A DNA stretch of 64,000 nucleotides. It comes from Felis catus (Eukaryota). The position numbers and the translations under genes are program-made. The stretch lies in NCBI RefSeq assembly GCF_018350175.1, contig NC_058368.1, positions 169,696,001 to 169,760,000 of the forward strand, given 5' to 3'. A model generated the notes under the pieces. The model made no database searches. It was given only the letters and a program-made list of their open reading frames with translations, and was not told the origin of the DNA. Positions 24,892 to 37,176 of this stretch are shown here, in pieces. Every line of letters begins with the position of its first letter. Position 1 is the first letter of the stretch.

Positions 24892-25124
24892 CTCTTAGAT
24901 AAGATCCTAAACTGCATTAGTACATTAAACAAATGATCTCAGGAAGTGACAGTGATACTAGTCGAATCTGGCTTATTCTGATTATAGTCAGAGTAAAAAT
25001 GGGCACAGGAGTCCCGTTGTCCAGAAATCACGCCACTGATATGGTGATATGACATCACAGGGTGTGAAAAAGGCAGCCGTTTTACTGTCATCACTATATA
25101 GATCTGTTTATCCCACATCCACAC
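24892..25124 (-). pseudogene. Pseudo-exon: N-terminal part of first NIDO region
   Basis: Acceptor ccttctag|, phase 1. GVDVG*TDLYSDDSKTAAFFTP...WRD, then frameshifted DNG (25021-25013) and FYSDY, versus MUC4 GAGAGDLEF...TSPLFKP...LRD...TDNGQIIFPESDY. Confidence 0.55.
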
Positions 25125-26429
25125 CTAGAAGGCATGACTGGGTACCATTTCACAACATATAATCTAAAACAGGTATGGATAGTAACACCAAGCATTATTC
25201 CTTACAGTAAACAGATTGCACTGATTGATATTATTCTGCGGTTTATGGAGAATTGAATGTCCATTGTTTCAGAGCTGGGCAGAGATGGAGTTAGAGGTGG
25301 GAAGGAGAAACTTTAATTACTTTTCTCTCATAAAATGAGGGCAGCCTTTACGGAGAAGTAGATGTGTATAAATTGTTTAAAATAAAGTAAGAGAAAACAA
25401 AGTTTGGCCAAGAGATTTAAAGAATCAGAAGAAAAATGTTGATATGGTGGTCACTTGGTACTTGTTGAAAGAGGGTCTGAGTCTCTTAATTGAGCAATTA
25501 ATGGTGAGCAGAATTCCAGAGACAGCACCTAGGTTTCAGTTTTGAAAGTTGCTTAAAATCCAGTGGGATCAGGGTTCCCTTAGGGTGATATGCAAGGCCT
25601 TATGTTCCCATGATGATACTTTCTGGGTTCTCTGAGCTGGAGCACCCTGATTGGGATTCAGACCTATTAACTGAAAAGACCTAGAAAATTGCTCCCACTG
25701 AAAGTTGGACAGTACCCATTACCTTAAAGCAATGCCTCGTCACCATTTTTAGGTTAAAATGTTATTAAATAGATTCTTCACTCTTTCTTCCTTGTGATGC
25801 TGCGTTCAGACAAATTTCATCTCACATTTATTATTCATTCCTCCTTAATTTCCTCCCGTTATGTCAAGATTTTTCAAATGTTTCTGTCGTAGTTTTTTTT
25901 TTTTTTTTTTTAATTTCTTCCACTCCTTCCCTATTACCATGATATTTCTTTTACTTCAAATGTTGCTCACCATTTTGGCATTACTCTTTTAAAATATATG
26001 CGTAAGAACCTATATCCACAGGGAACAGTGATCCACATTCAAGTGTCTTCTCATATTTTTTATTTCTTTGTAAGAGTGTAAAAGAAGAATGGACTCTGGC
26101 ACGGTCTTCCCTTCCCCATCACAGAGCACAGACCCACTTCCCACGTGCACAAGCCTGCACACGCCCTGTTTCTACCCAGACTCAGTCAATAGCTAGGACT
26201 ATTTATCAAGTCACCCAAGATACAATCACCCGGGACTGACACCTCTCCCTGGTCTTCCCAGTCACTCCTTCACTCAGTACCCTCCCTGGTGTCTCTCGTA
26301 TCCACCTCCGACTCTGCTGCCACAGCCACGGTGTGAAGATCCTAGTGATTTTCCCCCAGGACAATTACACTTGCCTCCTGTTTCTTATCTCATTTCCTCC
26401 ATTTATTCTATAAGAATTCTTAAGGAAAA

Positions 26430-26645
26430 AAAAAGTTCATTTATTTGTTTTGAGGGAGAGAGAGAGCATGAGCAAGGGGAGGGTCAAAGAAAGAGAAAGA
26501 CAATCCCAAGTAGGTTCTGCTACACAGTCAGTGTGTAAAGCCCTATACACTCATAAGGGGCTCAGACTCACAAAACAGTGAGATCATGACCTGAGCCAAA
26601 ATCAAGAGTCAGCTGCTTAACCGACTGAGCCACCCATGTGTGCCT
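26430..26645 (-). mobile_element. Older Can-SINE
   Basis: gagatcatgacctgagccaaaatcaagagtc...ccgactgagccaccc. Confidence 0.9.
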
Positions 26646-26794
26646 ATTCAATAAATATTCTTAAGATCCTACCATCACCTGTGTTTGGCTGTTCATCATG
26701 TTGGGCAAGACTGGTGATCAGTACCCTCATGGACTCTATAGTTAACAAAGGGAGGGAAATGTGAATTACATGATCACAAAAATGTGTAAGTGTA

Positions 26795-26953
26795 GGGGCG
26801 CCTGGGTGGCTCAGTCAGTTAAGCATCTGACTTTGACTCAGGTCATGATCTCGCCATTCCTGAGTTGGATCCTGCGTTGGGCTTTGTGCTGACAGCTCAG
26901 AGCCTGGAGCCTGTTCAGATTCTCTCTCTCTCCCCCCCCTCCCCCCCTCACAC

Positions 26954-27001
<48 letters not shown>

Positions 27002-27027
27002 AAAAATAAACAAACAACAAAAAAAGA
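26795..27027 (+). mobile_element. Can-SINE
   Basis: ggggcgcctgggtggctcag head, (CT)n, A-rich tail. Confidence 0.95.
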
Positions 27028-28483
27028 AATCTCATAAGGTCACAGAGCCAATTTAAGTCTTTACATCTCAGGGCCAATTCTTATGACTGACACAGAGCAA
27101 TATGATTCATTGCAAATAAATGTGTGAATGAGTAAATATAGAATTCCCAAGATGTATCAAGTGCTTGTTCTGCACACTGTTCTAAATATTTTACGTGTTT
27201 TTAATCCTGCCATCAACTTCAGAGAGAGGTATTGTTATTTTTTTCCATTTATAGATGGGGTAATCATGTTAAAAAGCCCCAGCTTCCACAAGTTGTAAGG
27301 AATGGAGCTTGAGCAGGCACAGGAATGAATGGTTTAGAAAATGAATGACTAAGTGGATGAATTCAGAAAACCTACAATAACTTCATGAAACTGAATTCTT
27401 CTTCTTCCTCTTCTTCCCCTCCCCCTCCCCCTCCCCCTCCTCCTCCTCTTCCTTCTTCTTTTATGTCGCCAGAGAGGACATTATTTATAGTAGGGACTGC
27501 TCTAATTTTAACTGACTAGAAATCTGGGCAAGGCCTTTTGTCTTAATTTATCTACGAGGAGACTGTGGTATGCCTATTCCAGGTTTTCCGTGTGAATTAA
27601 GTGTGGTCACACAGGTAAGGTGCTTCACACAGCGTCAGGCACATGGTCAGAGCTGAGGGCAGCACCTGCTCTTATCTTTAATCACCCTAGGTCTTTTCTC
27701 TTTCTTCTCAAGTTTTAAATAGGAGAGTACAGAAAACAATAACGCAAACCTCCATATACTTAACAGCTAGATTGAACATGAATTAACAAAGTACAGATCC
27801 CTTTAACAGATAAACCTATAACATAATAACATTTTACAGTTATTGTTGTAATCGCTTCCTGTGCCTCCCTTCCCAGAGGTAAGGCCTATACTGACATTTG
27901 TGCTTACTCTTCCTATTCATTACTTTTTATACTTTGGTTACACCTGTGCTTATGGAAAAACAATGTATGCAATTGTTTTGTATGCTATTAACATTTGCAT
28001 AAAAGTATTATATTGTCTATACTTTTTTTGGCAGTTTGCTTTCTCCCTTCACACTACACAACTGAAATTTACCTATGTGGGCACATATATTAATGGATCA
28101 CTCATTCTATTTTGTGAATATGCTACCAAGTTATTAATCATATGAATATATATTCATAAATATGCATTTAAAATGTTTTGGTTGTTAAAACGAAGCTCAT
28201 TGAATATCCTAATACATGTCTTATTGTGTGTATATGAAAGAGTTTCTCTTTATGCCTTCTCAGCTAGGATTTTGGGAGAAAATTAAACCCTCCTGCTCTA
28301 AAGCATCCATCATTATGTAATGAAAGAATTCACTCCTATGAATCTAGAATAGAACTAGCTATGTACCCTAAGAGAATTGAGAAAATTGTTACTCAAATTA
28401 TTTTTTTATAGGATGATTTTTTCACAGAACTCTGATTGAGAGGGGTTATATACAGAAGGGGACATATTAGATTACAGGGTATA

Positions 28484-28565
28484 TATTGATTCAACCATGT
28501 GAAATTGCCAATATATAATCACTTCTGACCTATAAAAATGTCAGTTTTCTATAGCTCAACCTATA
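28484..28565. mobile_element. MADE2-type mariner MITE
   Basis: ~80-bp imperfect palindrome: ttcaaccatgtgaaattgcc ... gtcagttttctatagctcaaccta. Confidence 0.8.
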
Positions 28566-29479
28566 TGTCTTTAACTCTGCAAAATTTTGCCTTTCTGATG
28601 AGATAGTATTTTATTATTTATGAGATGTATTTTATTCTTGTTTTAATTTGCATTTAATGGATTGTAAGAAAGTCTGAGAATCTTTTTATATATTTTTTGA
28701 CAATTTGGATTTTCTATTTATTGTAATTTCTGTCTTTTTTTTCTGCCCATTTCTCTAATTTCTTGCCTTTAAACATGTATATATGTATGTGATAGTAATA
28801 TCTTCTCCCTATCTTTGGGCCTATAAAGAATTTTGTGCATGGTATCATTTTATGCAGAAGTTTAAATTTCACTATAGTTAAAATTGTCAATCTTTTCCTT
28901 TAGAGGTTTTCCTTCCTCTTATTTAAGACTCCTTTTCCACTTTGAGGTCAAATATATGTTCTATGTTTCCTCTTAATAGTTTCAAAGTTTTGCTTTTTTA
29001 CATTGTTTATTAAAATATTTAGACTTCAATTTTTTTGTATGGGAGGTGGTGATCTAATATAAGTTTTCCCTACCACTTGCCTCCCCAAATCCATTCATGA
29101 TCTAGAAGTTAAAGGATTAATAACTGCTACTCCGAGAAGCATCTGGGATCAGTGCTAAAGCCCTTTTAACTGATTGGGGGGCCTTCCTTTTTGAATATTT
29201 GGACTCCCATTCCTGTCAATACTCACTATACTCAATGTGACAATTTAATAACTTCTTTATATATGGGAGGAAAAATTCCCCATGCTATGTTGTTGGTCTT
29301 CAAATTGTCATAAATCTTCGCTTTTTGTTCTATGAATTTTTAAGATCAGTTTATCAAATAAGTTCCACTTAAAACATCTACTGGGATTAAGAAAACAGTT
29401 TCTTATTTGAATCAAAACTGAAAAGTGAAATGATAGATTTTTATTTGCTCATGTGTCTCTTTTAATCTATAGGTCTTCT

Positions 29480-29690
29480 GGGGGTACCTGGGTGGCTCAG
29501 TCAGTTAAGCTTCTGACTTTGGCTCAGGTCATGATCTTGCATTTGTGGGTTCGAGCCCCGCATTGGGCTCTGTGCTGACAGCTCAGAGCATGGAACCTGT
29601 TTCAGATTCTGTGTTTCCCTCTCTTTCTTCTCCTCCCCCACTCACATTCTGTCTCTCTCTCTCTCTCTTAAAAATAAATGAACATTTAAT
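29480..29690 (+). mobile_element. Can-SINE
   Basis: Head and tail present, TSD tttaatctatagg(t/c)cttct. Confidence 0.96.
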
Positions 29691-30440
29691 TATTTTAATC
29701 TATAGGCCTTCTTTGTTTCTCTTGTAATTTATTTGTTAAAACAAAAATAAACAACAACAAAACAAGTAAACATGTTCTGTGAACTGTTGAGTTTCTCAGA
29801 AAAACACAGACGGGTGATTCCTGATTGCACTTTCAAGGCATTTTTTAAATGTTTCTCTGGCACTGGTATTTCCCACAAATTGCTAGTTAGAACTAGATGA
29901 TTGATCAGATTCAGGTTTGACTTATTTTTCAGTTGCATGACTCCATCAAAGATAGTATTATACACTTTAATCAAGAAACAGAATGTATCGTTATTTCTCT
30001 TGTGTAACGTTAGCAGCTTTGATGATTGTTGCCTAGATCCTTAATTCAATAGAGGGTGAAACATGGTGCTATTCTAATTCTGTCCTTCCTTCTTATTTAC
30101 TAGCCGGAATACATCCATCAAGAAGAGCTTTCCTTTCTCAACTATTTGATTACCCTGAAATGCAGTTTGTATAAAAGAGGCAAGATGAATTCTTGACTTT
30201 TTTCCCCTCTTTCATCAGTTTTCAAAACAATGGGTTAGTTATCTAGCACAGTCTGAAGGTGACCTTTAGAGTCCATTTTAACTCGTGGTTTTAAACATAT
30301 TTCATATGTCTCAGTCCATTGCAGTTCATTGTCATTGATGTCTAAATTGTCCCACCTTTAAACAGAGTAGCTCCCTCAGGGTTGGCTTCATCAGCACCAG
30401 GCCTGTGTGGTCCCTCGGGACCCTGCATTCAGGAGGGCCC

Positions 30441-31095
30441 TGTAATAGTTTCCTGTGCCTGCTCTAACAAATGATAAGGCATTGGAGGTCCTACAAAAAG
30501 AGGTCTTTTGTAAGACCTCTTACAAAATCAAGGTATTGATTGAGCTGTATTCCCTCCAAAGACTCTAAAAGCAAACCTTTCCTTCCCTTTTCCACCCTCT
30601 GATGACTCCAGTGTTTCTTGGCTTGTGACTACATAACTCCAGTCTCTACTTCTGTCTTCACATGGCTTGCTCCTCTGTATGTCTCTTACAAGGACACTTG
30701 TCACTGGATTTAGGGCCCACTGGGATAAGCCAGGATGCTCTCATCTTAAGATCCTTAATGACATTGGGGCGCCTGGGTGGCTCAGTCGGTTGAGCGTCCA
30801 GCTTCAGCTCAGGTCACGATCTCGCGGTCCGCGAGTTCGAGCCCCGCGACGGGCTCTGGGCTGATGGCTCAGAGCCTGGAGCCTGCTTCCGATTCTGTGT
30901 CTCCCTCTCTCTCTGCCCCTCCCCCGTTCATGCTGTGTCTCTCTCTGTCTCAAAAATAAATAAACGTTAAAAAAAAAAAATTTAAAGATCCTTAATGACA
31001 CTGGCAAAGAACCTTTAACCAAAGAAGGCCATATTCACTGGTTCTAGGGGTTGAGATGTGGGCATATCTTCTTGGGCATATTCAACCCACTATAG
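30441..31095 (-). mobile_element. MLT1 (MaLR) LTR split by a SINE
   Basis: tgtaatagtttcct...aaggacacttgtcactggatttagggcccac...tattcaacccacta. Confidence 0.85.
30766..30985 (+). mobile_element. Young Can-SINE inserted in MLT1
   Basis: CpG-rich full element, TSD aagatccttaatgaca. Confidence 0.97.
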
Positions 31096-31859
31096 TCCAT
31101 ATTCTCGGTCTGATTTCAATGTGGTTAAATACTATCATTTTTTTTCTCCTTGTGTCTATTTTAGGAAAGCTTTGGTTATTCATAGGTCATGAATATGTAT
31201 TCTATGTTTTCTTCAAAACATTTTGCTTATTTTTTATATTTAGATCTGCAGTCAAATCCATCTGAAACTATTTTTTTGTGTGCAAAGAGGGAGATAGAGG
31301 TCTACATTTTAGTATATATTCATTGACCTGGCACAGTTTTTTGAAAGATCATTCTTTCTTCTTGCACCTTAGTGTGTCATCTTCAGAAATCATATCACTC
31401 GATGTGTGTGGACTACTTACTGACTCTATTCTATTCCACTGACCTATTTGTTTATTATAGTTGTTTTTCGTACCTTTGGGTGTAAGTTTCCCAGCGCTCA
31501 TCTTCAAAATTGCCTTGGTATCGTAGGGTCTTTGCACTTATAGGCACATTTGAGAATGTATATGAACTATAGAATTTTGGAAGCCTGTTAATTTGCACAA
31601 TTTGGGGGAATTCTGTTTGGGAATACATTGAATCTGTAGATTGATTTTGAGATTACTGACACATTCACAATGCAGGTTTTACAAAGCCTGACTGTGATAA
31701 ATCTCTCCATTTGTTTAGAATTTTGTTGTCACATTATTTTTTAGTGTAGAAGTCTTTTGCTTTTTGTTAGATATAACCCTAGGCATTTGATATATTTTAG
31801 TGCCACTGTAAATTGTTCGTTAAATTTTATTTTCACTTGTTTGCTATTAAATATTAAGT

Positions 31860-32330
31860 CAAATGGTCAAGCAACTCCTAAGATTTGCTTACCACATTCC
31901 ACGACTTTGATCGGTAAGGAAATGAGTCCAACTGGTGAAGACAACTTATTAGTCATGGCACACGTTTACATCATTTTTCTTAACTATCCTCCCAATCCCG
32001 TCAAGTTCCTGAAGGCGATGCAGAGTGGGCCAAAGGGAATTCTGCCCACACAGGCTTGTGTGGGCAGCTGAGTAATGGAACACTGAGTATTGGAAACTCC
32101 TGATCTTGTAAGAAGCCCCTACAGACCTGCCCGTTCTCCCTGAAGGAGACAGATTAGGTTTATCAGCCAGGAATGTAAGCAAATGGCTCCAGAAAGATAA
32201 ATCTCTAAATCTCTCTAGAACCATACATTATCTCTTGCTTCTAAGGCCTTTGCTATTCAAACTTGCTTCCTTGCTTAAAATGTCAGGACTATACAGAAAT
32301 GAAAATGTTCATGGAGGATTTTCATCAAAT
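31860..32330 (-). mobile_element. ERVL-type solo LTR (MER54/73/74-like) inside old L1
   Basis: Minus strand reads aatcctccatgaacattttcatttctg...gaatagcaaaggccttagaagcaagagataatg...gggcagg. Composition differs from the flanking L1. Confidence 0.6.
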
Positions 32331-33109
32331 CCATATAAATTCACTTAAAAATTCTAATTATTGGAGGATTTTCAGTTGATTAATTGATTTTTCTCCATAC
32401 ACAATTATATCTTCTGTGAATAATGGCAGTTTTATTTTCCCGTTTCCAATCATTAAGCCTTTGATTTCATCTTCTTGCCTCACTGCCTTGCTTGGAATCT
32501 CCAATCAAGGTTGCATAGAAACGGTGACAGTGAAACTGCTGTTTCATTCCTTACTTCAGGGAGAAAGTAGTTATGTGTGACTTTAGACTGTTGTAGATAA
32601 CTTGTGTCAGATTCAGGAAGTTCTCTCTCTCTCTTTTTAAAAATTTGCTCACAGTTTTTTAAAGATAAAAAATGAGTATTGACTTTTCATCAAATGCTTT
32701 TTTTTTTGGTCTCTATTGACAATTATATAATGTCTCTACTTTTTCCTATTAATATGGTAAATTACACTGACAACATTTTTGAACGTGAAATCACCTTTGC
32801 TCACCTGAAATCCCATTTGGTAGGGATGTATTAACCTTTTTGTTTTTATGGGTGTAGATTTTTATAATATTTTGTTTGGGATTTTTGTATCTAAGCTCAT
32901 TAGATAATGTGGTCTGTAATTTTCCAGTCTTGTAATGTTGTCAGATATTGATATCAAGGTTAGGCTGCCCTCAGGAAATGAATTTGAAGGCATTTACTAT
33001 TTTTCTTCTCTGTACATATTGTATGAGTGTTAGTTCTTTAAATATTTGGAATAATTCACCAGTGAATCCATCCAGACTTGGGATATTCTTTATGTGGGAA
33101 AGTATTTTT

Positions 33110-33321
33110 GTTTTTTAATTTTTTAACGTTTATTTATTTTTGAGAGACACAGAGAATGAGCAGTGGAGGAACAGAGAGAGACGGAGACACAGAATCTGAA
33201 GTAGGCTCCAGGCTCTGAGCTGTCAGCAGAGAGCCTGGCGCAGGGCATGAACCCACGAACCGTGAGATCATGACCTGAGCCAAAGTCAGTTGCTTAACTG
33301 ACTGAACCACCCAGGTGCCCC
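33110..33321 (-). mobile_element. Can-SINE
   Basis: tttatttatttttgagagac...ccacccaggtgcccc. Confidence 0.96.
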
Positions 33322-33722
33322 TGGGTTTTAATAACGAACCCTGGGAAGGGTTTAATAACGAACTCAATTGCTTTAATAGATATGAAACTAGTATTTCTTT
33401 TTTTTTTTCAGTTTTGATCAGTTCTCTTTTTCAAGAAAATTGTTCATTTCATCTAAATTTTAAAATTCATTGAATTTTGAATGTATCTTTACTACGTTCT
33501 TTCTATTTTCTTTGGGGCTAATTTGCTTAATTTTATGTAGCTTCTTGAATTGTAAGGTCAGATTGTTGATTATTTTTTAGCTTTTCTTTTTAAGCATATT
33601 TTTGAAGATTATGAATTTTCTTTTGAGTACTGTTTTAGTCGCAGCCTTCAAGTTTCAAATTTTGATAAATCATATCTTCACTATTATTTAATTTAAAATC
33701 TGTTCTGGTATCTTTTGTGTTT

Positions 33723-34100
33723 TGTTGGAGAAGTTTCTGGATAACAGGCAACTGATGGTTGAACTTGGGAGCTGCACCTGGGCAATAAGAGGCTTCTGAC
33801 CCTCCTCCCCAGTGCTTGGAATGTTTGTTCCGCCCACTGGCTTCAAGGTGGGAGCCATTTTCCAGGACGCAGCCTTGAATACAGTGTTGTTGAGACTCCG
33901 GAGAACCCAGTTAAGGCCTCCAAATAAACTTTTAAGATTCTGGCAGAGGTGGGCGTGGAAATTCACTCATCCTATGAGGCCCACAACAAACATAGTAAGT
34001 TTCCTTGCTTAGAAAAACTGCCACCTACCACTGTGATGTGGTGTGCCAATTTCTTCGATCTCCTTGCCCTCCGTGTACAGGACCAGTTTGCTAACCAATA
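33723..34100 (+). mobile_element. ERV solo LTR (family uncertain) inside old L1
   Basis: Begins tgttgg, ends ctaaccaata, ~380 bp, GC-richer than flanks, U5-like tccttgccctccgtgtacag. Confidence 0.65.
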
Positions 34101-34776
34101 GCTTTTGATTTATGAATATTTACAAGTGTACTGCTTAGTTTTCAACTAAGGGGGATTTTCTAGTTATCTTCATGTGATTTTTTTCAAGCCATTTGATTTA
34201 TTTCTAGCTTGACCCCGTTATGGTCAGAAAAAAAAAAACAAACGCTGAAATTATTTAAATCCTTTGCAATTTGTTGAGATTTGTTTTATGGGGCAGCATA
34301 TGGTCTGCTTTTGTAAACATTCCATCTGCACTTCAAAGATTTTGTATTGTTCGCTTGATGGGTGCCATGAGCTACATATATCAGTATGCTTGCTGATTTT
34401 TAATCTGACTCCATCAGCCAAGATTATACAACTAATTCTCTTTTATTTTGGTAGATTTTTGTTTCTTCAAATGTCAGCCTTTTATTGATAGCCAAGCTAT
34501 CAGTAGGTATTTGGAAGCTATGTTGTTGAATGAATGCAGACTTAGAACTATTATATCTTTCTGGTGGACCGGCTCATTTATCATTATAAAATACCTCATT
34601 AATCTCTGCTAATGTTCTCGCCTTAAAATTTTCTTCGTCTGGCTCTGTGCTTAAGTTTCCATGGTGCATCTTTTGCCATCCTATTGGTTTCAACCTTTTC
34701 CTGTTCTTATACTTCAAATTTGTCTCTCGGAGCAACCTAGAGTTAATTATTCTATTTTTAAACTTTAGATGATAAT

Positions 34777-35125
34777 TTTTTTAATTTTTTAATGTTTATT
34801 TTTGAGAGAGAGAGAGTGAGAGCAAGGGAGGGGCAGAGAGACAGAGGGAGACACAGATCTGAAGCAGGCTCCAGGCTCTGAGCTGTCAGCACACAGCCCA
34901 ACTTTGGGCCCAAACTCACGAACTGCGAGATTTTTATTCTTTATTTTTGAGAAAGAGAGCACAAGCAGGGTAGGGGCAGAAAGAGAGGGCGACACAGAAT
35001 CCGAAGCAGCTCCAGGCTCGGAGCTGTCAGCACAGAACCTGGTGCGGGGTTCGAACTCACAAACCGTGAGATCATGACCTGAGTCGAAGTCAGATGCTTA
35101 ACCGACTGAGCCACCCACGTGCCCC
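34777..35125 (-). mobile_element. Dimeric Can-SINE (full + 5'-truncated copy)
   Basis: Two tails and one head, with flanking repeat tagat(g/c)ataat around the pair. Confidence 0.9.
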
Positions 35126-36349
35126 TAGATCATAATCTAAATCTTTTAATGGCAGCATTAAATCCCTTTATGCTAATGTAAGTACATATATATTTGGCTT
35201 TAAATTAACATTTTATTTGACATCACTACTTTACATTTCTTTTTATTTTTTAACTCTTATTGAATTCATCAAATATATTTTTTATTTTCTCTTTTCCCCC
35301 TATATATAGTCTATTCTTTTTTAATTTTTAGAGATTAAAACATGCATATTCATGTTGATGTAAGCCAATATTTTACCACTTTCTTAAAATTTTTAGAATC
35401 TTAGGACACTTTAATTCACCCTTTTCTGTGTTATTTTTGTCATTTTGTCGTGCATCTTAAATCTAGATATATTTGAATTCCTACAAAACATTTTAGTTTT
35501 TTGTCACAGTAATGGTCATTTAGATTTACCTACATTTTTACTTTTCTCATTGCACTTTTTCTGCGTTTCTGTGATCACATGTTTGACAAATTCTTTTATT
35601 TATTTATTTTTTTTATTGTAGGTCTCCTGGAAATGATTTTTTTAAAATTTGTAATAAAAACATTCATTTTGCCTTTGTTTTAAAATATTTTTTCTGGATA
35701 TAAAATTTTAGGTTGGCAGTATGTCATTCTTTGGTTTTCTGGTTTTCATTATTTCTGTTGAAAAATAGCTTTTTAGGAGCACCTTTGAAGATAACATTTC
35801 TGTTTTCCATCTGAATAGTTAATATTTTTTGTCTTTGTTTCTTAACACTTTTAAAATAATTAGCCTAGTTTTTTAAAAAAAAAATTCTTTTCAAAGGATT
35901 TTTATTTTCTTCCTGTTTCTCTCTTCCACTAACCTAAGGTAAAGATGTGTTCTTTAAATATTTTGGAAGACAACATGGTGCTTAATTTGTGGGCAGATTT
36001 CTAAAAATATTTAATATTTCTTTAATTGTTAATAGACATCACAGGTTTTTTTCTTCGTTTTTACTTACTCAGATATCAGTATTGGCAATGTATATTTTTC
36101 TATAAAATTATTTCATTTGACTTTTCAAATTTATTGCTAAAAATGTTCTTAGTATTCTCTTTCCTTCCACCCACTCCCCCTTCTTTCTCTGTTTCTGTTT
36201 TCTTTCTTTCTTTTCCTCTTTCTTTTCTAGGTAGCTCAGTTGTATGGTTATAATTTTAAAATATATTTTATAAAGCATTTCTAAGAATTTATTTTCTAGA
36301 GAAGACCTCATAACCTTAGTAATCCTAGTAATTTAGTAATCATGTAACC

Positions 36350-36900
36350 AACAGTAACCAAAAGTCTTGCTCAAAAGTCAGACCCGGACAGATTTGGCAG
36401 GATATTTTCATGCTATCAGGAAACAAAACACAGCTAGTTGCATTACTTTTCTGATACAGCACAGGTCCTTTTGTGACACGGTGGTGGCTTATAATTTATT
36501 TTCCTGTCCTAATTCTATTTTTATTGCTCTACATTTTTATCTATGTTTATTTCCTCTTCTGTTCTCTTCTTTTTGGGGAGAATGCAGGGCCATTTTGAAA
36601 TCCTCTGCCATCATAGCAAAAGATGTGGCCATCCCAAAAAATTAAATAAGAAACAATAAATGTGTCAAGATAAAATATGTTTCACCCAAGCAGATGTACA
36701 CTGTAGAGATGTCAGTACTTTTCTGAGTGATTGCTGTATTTTTAGCAAAATTTGCCCTGCAGTTTCAACAATTCCTCCTCTTTTGCACATGAGAATCCAT
36801 CCACATTGTCTTTCTTTCCAGGGACACTTTTTCTTAATACCTAGAATGGAGTTGATGGTGGGCTGAAAGCACAGAGACAAGTTACTTAGTGATTATTTTC
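36350..36900 (-). mobile_element. Probable hAT transposase relic
   Basis: RKVLTSLQCTSAWVKHILS resembles the hAT C-terminal dimerisation motif (..L..P.TSA..ER.FS). Confidence 0.45.
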
Positions 36901-36969
36901 CTTGGCTATGCCATCCTTAACACATCTTCTCCTAATGATGCGGAACCGAGTCCCTTCAAGAATCATTTA

Positions 36970-37176
36970 GGGGGCACCTGGGTGTCTCAGTTGGTTAAGT
37001 GTCTGACTTTCGCTCAGGTCATGATCTCATTGTTCGTGGGTTTGAGCCCCATGTCAGGCTCTTCGCTGATAGCTCAGAGCCTAGACCCTGCTTTGGATTC
37101 TGTCTCTCTCTCTCTCTGCCCCTCCCCTACTCACACTCTGTCTCTCTCTCAAAAATAAATAAACATTAAAAAAATA
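36970..37176 (+). mobile_element. Can-SINE
   Basis: TSD aagaatcatttaggg. Confidence 0.96.

Noticed and set aside
32042..32067. 11-bp-stem hairpin ctgcccacaca-ggct-tgtgtgggcag
   Set aside because: Lies inside an LTR relic and is too short for a miRNA precursor.
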